64,000 bases of DNA from Candidatus Omnitrophota bacterium. Its GTDB lineage: Bacteria > Omnitrophota > Gorgyraeia > Pluralincolimonadales > Pluralincolimonadaceae. Under the pieces are notes generated by a model. It was not told the DNA's origin and did not search any database. It was given only the letters and a program-made list of their open reading frames with translations. Every line of letters starts with the position of its first letter. Positions within the stretch are counted from its first letter, which is position 1. Position numbers and translations under genes: made by a program. The stretch lies in the NCBI GenBank assembly GCA_003141835.1, contig PLNR01000006.1, forward strand, positions 142,558 to 206,557. The letters are read 5' to 3'. Below are positions 57,128-64,000 of this stretch, piece by piece.

Positions 57128-57523
57128 TTAGACAATCTTCAGTTTGGAAAGTTCCGCAGCCGGAATAGGCTTTGTCTTGAGGTTTGTATCCACGCACGCG
57201 CATACGACCTTCGCTTTCAATAAAAGGGTGCCGCCCTTCCTTATCTCCTGCTCGAAATCAATGGAGGCGTGGCCGACCTTCCCGATCGAGGTAGCCACCT
57301 CGATAGTGTCCCCGTAAACCGCGGGGAACTTGTAGTCCACCTCGATATGGATGACCGGGAATATCGTTCCGCTGCGGGCCAGCTCCCCGACGTCGATACC
57401 CTTCTCGCGGAGGAATTCGGTCCTTCCCTCCTCCAGGTGGTTAAGGTATGCGGCGTGATAGACTACGCCGCCGCAATCGGTATCATGGTAATATATCTTT
57501 TTTTTGAGGATCCCGGCCGCCAT
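57128..57523 (-). CDS. YbgC/FadM-family acyl-CoA thioesterase
   Basis: YYHDTDCGGVVYHAAYL..EGRTE. Confidence 0.9.
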   Translation of the reverse strand: MAAGILKKKIYYHDTDCGGVVYHAAYLNHLEEGRTEFLREKGIDVGELARSGTIFPVIHIEVDYKFPAVYGDTIEVATSIGKVGHASIDFEQEIRKGGTLLLKAKVVCACVDTNLKTKPIPAAELSKLKIV

Positions 57524-57535
57524 CCTATCCCCCTG

Positions 57536-58033
57536 TTAAAACTTTTTCATCAGCCACTTTCCCACAAATTCGCTCGCTATGATGACAACGATCGCGATGG
57601 AAAAGTGCTCGAGTATCGACTGGTACGGGTTCAGTCCCCTGCCCCTGGCTATGGAATAGCTTATTGCGGCAAGCAGGCCCATTCCCCAGATCACGGAGCA
57701 CGGTACGGCAAGGTTAAGCGGGAGGAATGCGACCAGAGCGACGAATGATAAGGAGACGAAAAGCCGCGTAAAGAAATTCGTAACGGTCGACAGCCAGACC
57801 TCTTTCTTGTCTACGCATTCCGATTCCTGGAAGATGTGTATCCCCAGGGAATCCGAGATGTTATCGGCCAGCGCTATTACCAATATGCCGCTTATTATCA
57901 CTACTTTGGGATTGGCCGTGCCGTCCAGGCCTATTATAAGCCCCAGGATGGTGATGATAGCCGAGGTCCCGCCGAAACTGAATTTGGTCTGGTTGGGCCG
58001 GCACTTTCCTTTCGTCTCAACGTTTTTTTGCAT
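57536..58033 (-). CDS. VIT1/CCC1-like membrane protein
   Basis: FGGTSAIIT, ALADNISDSLGIH; about 5 TM. Confidence 0.7.
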   Translation of the reverse strand: MQKNVETKGKCRPNQTKFSFGGTSAIITILGLIIGLDGTANPKVVIISGILVIALADNISDSLGIHIFQESECVDKKEVWLSTVTNFFTRLFVSLSFVALVAFLPLNLAVPCSVIWGMGLLAAISYSIARGRGLNPYQSILEHFSIAIVVIIASEFVGKWLMKKF

Positions 58034-58124
58034 GGCTACATTTTACCTTAAAGACGAAACCTCTGCAAGACTATTGAAATCTTCGGCTGTTTATGTAAAA
58101 ATGGCCTTAACAAAGGAGGGTGCC

Positions 58125-58763
58125 ATGTCCAAGACAAGTGTTGTTTTAATGGCGGTTTGCATCTCTGTCTTTTCTTTGTTTTCCGGCAAAACATACGCCG
58201 CCGTAAAAGCTGCCGCCGCGCCGTCAGCCACGCTCAGCAATCTTTTAGCCGCTTATAACGGCGAAAAGAACGCCCAGATGCGTTATATGCTATTCGCCCA
58301 ACAGGCTGACAAGGAAGGCTATAACGGCGTAGCCAGCCTTTTCAGGGCAGCAGCGCGCTCCGAGCAGGTCCATTACGAAGGACACGCCAAGGCAATAAAT
58401 GAACTGGGCGGCGCTCCTCCGGCGATAAAGATGGCGACACCGGTAGTAAAGAGCACTAAAGAGAACCTTGAGGCGGCCATAAACGGCGAAAATTACGAAT
58501 TCGGGAAGATGTACCCGGAATTCCTGAAGCAGGCGGAGAAAGATAAGGTCAAATCCGCGATCGTTTCGTTCAAAGGCGCCTTGAAGATCGAGGGGATCCA
58601 CGCCCAATTATTCAAGAAGGCCCTAAAGGACATGGAAACGTGGAAGGGACAGAAGAAAGATTTCTTCGTCTGCCTGGTATGCGGCAACGTAGTGGAGAAT
58701 AAGCCGCCGATGGTCTGCCCTATTTGCGCAGCTCCCAGGGAAAAATTCACGGCCGTTAACTAA
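58125..58763 (+). CDS. Rubrerythrin with an N-terminal signal peptide
   Basis: RBS AAGGAGG then MSKTSVVLMAVCISVFSLFSGKTYA; GEKNA, EQVH, GENYE, EGIH; CLVCG..CPIC. Confidence 0.85.
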   Translation: MSKTSVVLMAVCISVFSLFSGKTYAAVKAAAAPSATLSNLLAAYNGEKNAQMRYMLFAQQADKEGYNGVASLFRAAARSEQVHYEGHAKAINELGGAPPAIKMATPVVKSTKENLEAAINGENYEFGKMYPEFLKQAEKDKVKSAIVSFKGALKIEGIHAQLFKKALKDMETWKGQKKDFFVCLVCGNVVENKPPMVCPICAAPREKFTAVN

Positions 58764-58767
58764 ACTT

Positions 58768-59337
58768 TTATTTTGCGGCCTTTAGGTACGCCTTGATGAT
58801 CTTTTGTTCGGCCTTAGGTTTGTCGTTCCTGCCGACGGCCGAGTTCTCTATCTTCTCGACCGCGTCGTAGCCCGATACCACCTTGCCGAATATGGTATGC
58901 TTCCCGTTCAACCAAGGGGTCTTGGCGGTCGTAATGAAGAACTGGCTCCCGTTGGTGCTGGGCCCGGAATTCGCCATGGCCAGCAGGCCCGGTGCGTCAA
59001 ATTGGACTTTCGGATCGATCTCGTCCCCGAACGATTTTCCCCAGCATGATTGCCCTCCCATCCCGGTCCCGGTCGGGTCGCCGCCCTGTATCATGAAACC
59101 TTTTATGACCCTGTGGAATATCAGGCCGTTATAATACCCTTTCCCTACCAGCGTGGTGAAATTTTCGCAAGCCTTCGGCGCTACTTCAGGCATAAGTTTT
59201 ATCTCGATGATCCCCTGGTTAGTCTCTAAGACAACGACCTGGTCATCCATGGCAAAAAGGCCTCCGTTGGTGTTAATACAGGTTATACAGAAAAACAGGA
59301 CGGTAATAAAGACAAATATCCTCTCCATTGTCCGCAT
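58768..59337 (-). CDS. Cyclophilin-type peptidyl-prolyl isomerase
   Basis: FHRVIKGFMIQGGDP, MANSGP..NGSQFFIT, HTIFG. Confidence 0.95.
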   Translation of the reverse strand: MRTMERIFVFITVLFFCITCINTNGGLFAMDDQVVVLETNQGIIEIKLMPEVAPKACENFTTLVGKGYYNGLIFHRVIKGFMIQGGDPTGTGMGGQSCWGKSFGDEIDPKVQFDAPGLLAMANSGPSTNGSQFFITTAKTPWLNGKHTIFGKVVSGYDAVEKIENSAVGRNDKPKAEQKIIKAYLKAAK

Positions 59338-59406
59338 CTCCTTTTTTCTTATTTTACCATATCTTGCGGAAAATTATCTTACTCTTTCTTTTTGCCCATG
59401 GCGTTC

Positions 59407-59934
59407 TTACCTGCCATACAAGGCCCTCAATTGGTCCACGGTCGGATTGCCCGGGTAAAATTCACCCTGCGGCCCTTTGTATCCGTTCCCGTGCTTAAAC
59501 AGCGTTATCTTGGTAAAAGTTCCGTCTGAATTCGGGACATTTACTTCCACCGGTTGCCCCTCTGCGGCAGGAGCCTGCACGACGACAGGAGCCGCCGGCG
59601 CAACGTAATAATTTGTCGCAGGCGCGGCTACCACGACAGGCTGCTGGACGATCATATAGCCCTGGGGCACTTGCTGGTAGTAGCTGCCGTCGCAATAGTA
59701 GTAAGTCTGCCCGTTCATCACCATATATCGCCCGTTATCCGGCCTGGACGCCAATATTGCGCCTATGGCAAGCGTGGTAACACCGAAATCAAGCCAGGCG
59801 CCTTCACGGTAATAACGATGGTTGCGGTAAGTATACCTGCCGCCGCCACGCCCGCCGCGGCCCCAATCCGCGAACGCGGGAGCGCACGACAAAGTCAGAA
59901 AAACAACTGCCATTAACATACACAGCTTCTTCAT
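59407..59934 (-). CDS. Secreted Gly/Arg/Tyr-rich hypothetical protein (DUF6515-like)
   Basis: Signal peptide; YYYCDGSYY; GPQGEFYP..PTVDQLRALYG. Confidence 0.7.
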   Translation of the reverse strand: MKKLCMLMAVVFLTLSCAPAFADWGRGGRGGGRYTYRNHRYYREGAWLDFGVTTLAIGAILASRPDNGRYMVMNGQTYYYCDGSYYQQVPQGYMIVQQPVVVAAPATNYYVAPAAPVVVQAPAAEGQPVEVNVPNSDGTFTKITLFKHGNGYKGPQGEFYPGNPTVDQLRALYGR

Positions 59935-59958
59935 CTCTCTACCTCCTCTTTTAACATA

Positions 59959-59988
59959 TTAGACGCGATATGTCCTGAGAAGGTTTAC
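59959..59988 (-). promoter_or_regulatory. ECF-type promoter GTAAAC-N17-CGTCTAA
   Basis: Directly upstream of the RBS AGAGGAGG of 59407-59934. Confidence 0.5.
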
Positions 59989-60002
59989 TCGATAATTATT
60001 CC

Positions 60003-60581
60003 TTATAGGGACGCTATTTTCTTGCCGAATGCGAACGCTTTACCGCGGATACCCTTAAGCTTTACGATATCCCCGGATTCGCGGGCGTTGGGAACGAGCA
60101 GGGAGAAGAATTTCATTTCACTGTAATCGGCTATGATCTTGAAAGATCTTTTAACGTTATCCAGCCCTATATCCTCATAAGCGCTCAGGAGCAGGGCCAT
60201 AGCCTTACCCTTCAACGGGGATTCGAAGGTGTCGGTCGTATTGTCCCATTTGTACAGGGAGAACATCCGGTCGATGATCACCTTCAGCTGCGCGCTGGGG
60301 CCGTAGAAATAGAGCGGCGTAGCGAAAACAATGACGTCCGCTTTGGCCATTTTCTTGAGGACGGCCTTCGCGCCGTCATTTATCACGCACTCGTATTCCT
60401 TGATCTTCTGGCACGTCCTGCAGGATGTGCAGCCGCTGGACTTGTACTTAAGGAAAGCGGCATTTATGACCTCGACACCGGCGCCTTTAGAGCGCGCGCC
60501 GGCCGCGAACCAGCAGGAAAGCTTTGCGGTGTTCCCGTTCTTTTTAGGGCTTCCGTTGAGGACCAGGATCTTCTTGGGCAT
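60003..60581 (-). CDS. Iron-sulfur flavoprotein / NADPH-dependent FMN reductase family
   Basis: GSPKKNGNT, CTSCRTC..C, ATPLYF, LKVIIDR. Confidence 0.88.
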   Translation of the reverse strand: MPKKILVLNGSPKKNGNTAKLSCWFAAGARSKGAGVEVINAAFLKYKSSGCTSCRTCQKIKEYECVINDGAKAVLKKMAKADVIVFATPLYFYGPSAQLKVIIDRMFSLYKWDNTTDTFESPLKGKAMALLLSAYEDIGLDNVKRSFKIIADYSEMKFFSLLVPNARESGDIVKLKGIRGKAFAFGKKIASL

Positions 60582-60601
60582 GGCGTTATTTTACGGCAAA
60601 C

Positions 60602-60633
60602 AAAAATCCCCTGCAAGTTAAATTGCAGGGGAT
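60602..60633 (-). terminator. Intrinsic terminator
   Basis: ATCCCCTGCAA..TTGCAGGGGAT plus a T-run on the minus strand. Confidence 0.8.
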
Positions 60634-60659
60634 CTCTGGTGTACCTATCGAATCTCTAA

Positions 60660-60833
60660 TTAACGTCCTTCGTTCTTGCGCTTCGAAAAACAATCCTTGC
60701 AATATACGGGACGGTCATCTCTCGGTTTGAAAGGGACTTCGCATTCCTTCTTGCAATCCGCGCAAGTCGCTTTGTGCATTTCCCTAGGCCCGCCGAACCC
60801 GCCACCACCACCGCCACCACCTTGGTACCCCAT
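60660..60833 (-). CDS. CxxC-x17-CxxC zinc-ribbon small protein (57 aa; below the ORF-track cutoff)
   Basis: MGYQGGGGGGGGFGGPREMHKATCADCKKECEVPFKPRDDRPVYCKDCFSKRKNEGR; RBS AAGGAGG; own terminator. Confidence 0.9.
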   Translation of the reverse strand: MGYQGGGGGGGGFGGPREMHKATCADCKKECEVPFKPRDDRPVYCKDCFSKRKNEGR

Positions 60834-60908
60834 GTTACCTCCTTTTTATTGAACTACACTCTAGGTGTGATTCTACCCTAAATCAGGGCCCAGCGCAACA
60901 TATTTTTA

Positions 60909-61271
60909 TCAGTACCCCGGTGAAGGTTGTACGGGCTTTGAGGACGTAATGCTTTCGGCGACGCTTGAGTCGCTCTTATATTTGACCTCGACAGTATCTC
61001 CGAGCCTGAGCGAATTGATCTCTTCGGGCTTTACCGTAAATTGTCTCTCGGTGAGCTTATTCGGGTCCTTGACCGTGATCTGGTTGAACGACCTCTTGAT
61101 CGAGACTACTTCGCCGGACAATGTCATGAGGGGCGCTCCTTCCCCGGAGATCCCTGCCGACTGGTCATCTCCCACCAAAGCTTCACGTGCCGCTTTTTGC
61201 TGGGAAGGGCTCACTGCGAAACAACTCGCCGCAAGGCATAATATCGCGGCCGCGGCCATTATCCGTTTCAT
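60909..61271 (-). CDS. Small secreted beta-barrel protein (paralogue family)
   Basis: Signal peptide; SGEVVSI..LRLGDTVEVKY..AESI. Confidence 0.7.
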   Translation of the reverse strand: MKRIMAAAAILCLAASCFAVSPSQQKAAREALVGDDQSAGISGEGAPLMTLSGEVVSIKRSFNQITVKDPNKLTERQFTVKPEEINSLRLGDTVEVKYKSDSSVAESITSSKPVQPSPGY

Positions 61272-61522
61272 CTTTTTCCCCTTTCGCTTTTTACCAATGC
61301 CAGTTTTTTCTCGCGGGGCCAGGTCTTGATCCGGGATTCGCGCTTCTGGGCTATCGACCTGTTAGGATGGACTTCTTTGTATAACAATTCGACAGGCCTG
61401 TGCATCCTGGTATACTTTCCGCCTTTACCGGAATTATGCTCTTTCAGGCGGCGGCCTACGTCGGAACTGGCGCCGGTATAAAAACTTCCGTCAAGGCAGC
61501 GTAATATATATACGTACCACAT
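61268..61522 (-). CDS. GIY-YIG nuclease (YhbQ/UPF0213)
   Basis: WYVYILRC..YTG..RRLKEHN..KYTR. Confidence 0.9.
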   Translation of the reverse strand: MWYVYILRCLDGSFYTGASSDVGRRLKEHNSGKGGKYTRMHRPVELLYKEVHPNRSIAQKRESRIKTWPREKKLALVKSERGKR

Positions 61523-61525
61523 AAA

Positions 61526-62098
61526 TTAGAACGACCAGTTTACCAGGACCATGAACTCAAACGGTTTCTTGTTGCCGTTATAGTTTCCGAGGCCTATCTG
61601 CAGGCCGTCGAGGGATTTCGTATAGTTGACGAACCCGAACTGGAGCCCGTGCATCTCTTTGGCATAATTAACGCCGCCGAACTGGAGGCCCTTGAACGAT
61701 CCTTCGCTATAATTCACCATGCCAAGTTCCATTCCCGCAGATTGCCCTTTCGAAACGTTCAGGAACCCGTACTGGAGGCCATGCATAAATCCTTCATCCC
61801 AGTTCACGAAACCCAGCTGCACGCCGCTGAAATCGCCTTCCGTAATATTTGCGGCGCCCCATTGCAGGCCTACGCCGCGCCCCTTGGTGCGGTTGATGAG
61901 GCCGAGGCTTATGCCGCCAACATCCTGGTTGGCGCCGTAGATAAGGCTCAGGCTCAGGCCATTTATCGACTCATTCTCCGGGACGAGCTGGATGGGATCG
62001 AAAATAGCCAACTGGATAGGCTTTGCTTCTGCGGCTTGCGCTAACTGCGGCATTAACACCATTACCGATAATACAAAAAACAGTACCTTTTTTGTCAT
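61526..62098 (-). CDS. LA_2272-like surface repeat protein
   Basis: Signal peptide; repeated GxQxGxxN; C-terminal NWSF. Confidence 0.85.
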   Translation of the reverse strand: MTKKVLFFVLSVMVLMPQLAQAAEAKPIQLAIFDPIQLVPENESINGLSLSLIYGANQDVGGISLGLINRTKGRGVGLQWGAANITEGDFSGVQLGFVNWDEGFMHGLQYGFLNVSKGQSAGMELGMVNYSEGSFKGLQFGGVNYAKEMHGLQFGFVNYTKSLDGLQIGLGNYNGNKKPFEFMVLVNWSF

Positions 62099-62137
62099 GG
62101 CTGGTCCTTTCTGTTTGGGAAACCGGCTTGCGATTAA

Positions 62138-62713
62138 CTATGCGGCTCCCCGCTTCTCCCGTTTCTTGTGTTTATAGAGAGTGGTGTAAGATACGCCGAT
62201 AATGATGCAGAGCGGGCTGAGGTAAGAATAGAAAGAACCCGGTAAGGCAGCGGGATAGAATAACCGGAAAGCGCTGAAAGCTGTCGGGATTAAAAGCAGC
62301 GCTCCCCAGAAAATGGCGATGAACCGGCAACCGCTGATCATATCTTCATTATTCCATTGATCTTTCGGCAGTTCTTCCCGCGCATATTGCAATGTGAACG
62401 GTTTGCCTGTCAGCACCGTGAACCAAATAACACCGGTCAGGAAGCCGTTTGAAATGATCGCCATATGTTGTGCCAGCCACATCCACTTGAATCCGTAGAA
62501 TGATATTGTGCAAACAAGAAAAAACATTATGGTAGCCCACTGCAAAATGAAGCCCCTGCGCAGCTCTTTCCAGCCGAAAATAACGGACATGACCAGGCAT
62601 ATCGCTACTGCTCTCTCTAAATGGCCCCAGCTATCTGTCGGCAGGATCAAAAACAGGATCCAGGGCAAGAACCCCAGGAGGAATTTCGCGATGTCCAATA
62701 ATTCATTAACCAT
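62138..62713 (-). CDS. Hypothetical multi-TM membrane protein
   Basis: GFLPWI..GKPFTLQYAR..FWG; RBS AAGGAG. Confidence 0.75.
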   Translation of the reverse strand: MVNELLDIAKFLLGFLPWILFLILPTDSWGHLERAVAICLVMSVIFGWKELRRGFILQWATIMFFLVCTISFYGFKWMWLAQHMAIISNGFLTGVIWFTVLTGKPFTLQYAREELPKDQWNNEDMISGCRFIAIFWGALLLIPTAFSAFRLFYPAALPGSFYSYLSPLCIIIGVSYTTLYKHKKREKRGAA

Positions 62714-62747
62714 TCGGATCTCCTTTTTCAATCATTTTACTCCAAAC

Positions 62748-62780
62748 AAAAACCCTCCGCAATGTTTAATTGCAGAGGGT
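62748..62780 (-). terminator. Intrinsic terminator
   Basis: CCCTCTGCAAT..ATTGCGGAGGG plus T5. Confidence 0.75.
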
Positions 62781-62813
62781 AACTATAACGGCAATGCCGC
62801 TAGCTGTCATAGG

Positions 62814-63203
62814 TCAATCGAGCGCTTTAATCGATTCGGCCCCGTTCTTACCATTAGTTATGCTCGAGCCGTCCGTTATGGTAGAGTATTTAACTTCAAC
62901 GCGTTCGCCCATCTTGAGAAGCATGGCTCCGTGCGTTTTTCCGCCATCGTTCAGGTCTTTGCCGGAAGCGTCGGTCACGGACGTGGTCCCCATCACAAAA
63001 AATTCGACTTTCTCGCCGCTGTCGGGAGCTACCGTCATTTTGCAATACGGTCCGCTCGGTGACCTGCTCATAGTCATCTTCTTAGATTCTATTTTGCCTG
63101 CAAGGGTCTTGGCCTCATCGGCAGCCTTTAGGGACGGCTGGCTGATGAAACACAAGGACCCGGAAAATGCGACAGCGATTAATGCAAAAACTATTTTTTT
63201 CAT
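62814..63203 (-). CDS. Small secreted beta-barrel protein (paralogue family)
   Basis: Signal peptide; AGKIES..LKMGERVEVKY..AESIKA; RBS AGGAGG. Confidence 0.7.
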   Translation of the reverse strand: MKKIVFALIAVAFSGSLCFISQPSLKAADEAKTLAGKIESKKMTMSRSPSGPYCKMTVAPDSGEKVEFFVMGTTSVTDASGKDLNDGGKTHGAMLLKMGERVEVKYSTITDGSSITNGKNGAESIKALD

Positions 63204-63239
63204 TCCTCCCTCCTTTTCCTAATTTTACTCCAAACAATA

Positions 63240-63432
63240 CCCCGCTCGGGTCGCTTCGCTCCCTGAGAGAAAACCCTGATGGTTTTCTCTCAGCGCCGCA
63301 CAACCTTTAGCGGGACTGCTCTCTTTCCTTCCGCCGGGATGCTTACGGGACAGAGGGAAAACGGTCTTTTCCCTCTGTAACTCCCTATTTCTCGGCGGTG
63401 TCGCCAAATTTTATTACTCTTGGCGCGAGAAA
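63240..63432. other. Multi-hairpin non-coding element downstream of the tRNA (MITE- or ncRNA-like)
   Basis: Perfect stems at 63263-63293 and 63350-63378; nested TTTCTCG/CGAGAAA and CGCCAA/TTGGCG. Confidence 0.5.
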
Positions 63433-63435
63433 ATT

Positions 63436-63476
63436 TGGCTCCCCCGCCTGGGCTCGAACCAGGGACACGTGGATTA
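63436..63476 (-). tRNA. tRNA-Asn(GUU) 3' exon, positions 36-76; the 5' exon lies beyond the window edge
   Basis: TAATCCACGTGTCCCTGGTTCGAGCCCAGGCGGGGGAGCCA is 41 nt with a perfect T-arm, A72, G73 and encoded CCA; U36, A72 and G73 fit Asn. Confidence 0.85.
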
Positions 63477-64000
63477 CAAGTACCCCGGTATTGCTACCGG
63501 ACTTGGACTATATCATCTCCTACGGCTTTACGTTTAGGAGGCAGGTGCATAGTCTCTGAACCTTCCCTTTATTTCTAAAGGGCTCGGCTGCTGATTACCC
63601 CAGAGGGGCTTCCAGGATGCCACAATGTGGCATCTCCGTCAGCTAATACTACGCTGCGGACAATTCTCCTGCTTTTTCAATCCCGATTTCTCGGGAAAGC
63701 TGCGCTTGGACATGAGTCTCTCGGTGACAATTGGCGCACAGCAATACACATTTGTCCAATTCTTCTTTTACTTTCGTCCAACTTCTCGTATATCCTTTTG
63801 AGGATATGCTGAAGTCTTTCTTGGAAGAATCGACGTGATGGAACTCCAAAGCATCGCTGCAACGGTCGTAACCGCATACTTCACAGCGACCGCCTTTATA
63901 CTCAATAGCCATTTGCCTTATCTTTCTCCGTCTTTTATGGACGGCGGCTATTATGTATTGCCGGCGATCTTTGTAAGTCCGCGTATCGCGTTTTGCCATT
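63477..64000 (-). ncRNA. Group I intron (5' end outside the window) in the tRNA anticodon at 35/36
   Basis: P3 GCAGG/CCTGC; P AATTG..CTGGAAG; Q AATCAGCAG; R TCAGAGACTA; S GATATAGTCC; P9 CCGGTA-GCAA-TACCGG; terminal G at 63477. Confidence 0.88.
63649..63999 (-). CDS. Intron-encoded HNH endonuclease (may extend past the window edge)
   Basis: GGRCEVCGY..ALEFHH..KCVLLCANCHRETH; the 3' end overlaps the intron P2/P3/P region. Confidence 0.88.
   Translation of the reverse strand: MAKRDTRTYKDRRQYIIAAVHKRRRKIRQMAIEYKGGRCEVCGYDRCSDALEFHHVDSSKKDFSISSKGYTRSWTKVKEELDKCVLLCANCHRETHVQAQLSREIGIEKAGELSAA

Noticed and set aside
58051-58079. Another ECF-like CGTCT promoter
   Set aside because: No matching -35 at the right spacing; divergent sigma70 promoters explain the region better.
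57807-58124. N-terminal extension of the rubrerythrin ORF given in the track
   Set aside because: It overlaps the opposite-strand membrane gene, and a strong RBS supports ATG 58125. Several other track starts were trimmed for similar reasons.
61268-61522. GIY-YIG protein as a second homing endonuclease
   Set aside because: It is a short YhbQ-type stand-alone protein in an operon with no intron core nearby.
62734-63237. 15-bp direct repeat TTTTACTCCAAACAA flanking the 62814-63203 gene as att sites
   Set aside because: Both copies sit where a TAAAAT -10 box is expected, and one has TTGCGG 17 nt upstream. No recombinase is present. It cannot be fully excluded.
63436-63510. Intact tRNA-Thr(UGU), because CTTGTAA looks like a Thr anticodon loop
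   Set aside because: The would-be anticodon stem does not pair (GGGTA versus TCCAC). There is no D-arm or 5' acceptor strand. The upstream sequence is intron P9/P7.

Overview
Bacterial chromosomal window with a backbone of roughly 50-58% GC. Gene style suggests an anaerobic PVC-group bacterium such as Omnitrophota, but that is inference only. About 60 CDS are present and nearly all lie on the minus strand. (1) 1-8.7 kb: a partial GH94 laminaribiose-phosphorylase-like gene missed by the ORF track, trpB2, a secreted CBM32-GH50-like glucanase and small hypothetical genes. (2) About 8.7-22.8 kb: an accessory/defence island with an AT-rich core. It holds ORF6N, a RelE/HigB-HTH pair, a coupled PD-(D/E)XK nuclease plus RNase-J-like MBL pair, a ParB-like plus Dam-family MTase pair, a type II R-M pair, NYN, Fic and a UvrD-nuclease fusion. 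(3) An OmpR-family two-component system with a HAMP-less kinase, followed by small secreted beta-barrel paralogues. (4) A Rex-controlled [FeFe]-hydrogenase operon whose HydB is fused to a GltD/NfnB-like module. (5) Housekeeping, transport and stress genes: YchF-like, csp, GH130, bioY, hemW, mgtA, two rubrerythrins, GH3 and ECF sigma/anti-sigma/VIT-vWA. (6) At the right edge, the 3' exon of a tRNA-Asn(GUU) interrupted at position 35/36 by a group I intron that carries an HNH endonuclease. The most striking non-coding signal is a set of tiny palindromic insertions. GGGGAC-tagged copies sit between genes, in frame inside two proteins and at defence-cassette boundaries. Other palindromes sit upstream of bioY with an apparent 9-bp target duplication and inside the P4 helix of the intron. 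A separate motif, TGAAAGAAAAT-N12-CGTCTAT, heads three accessory cassettes.
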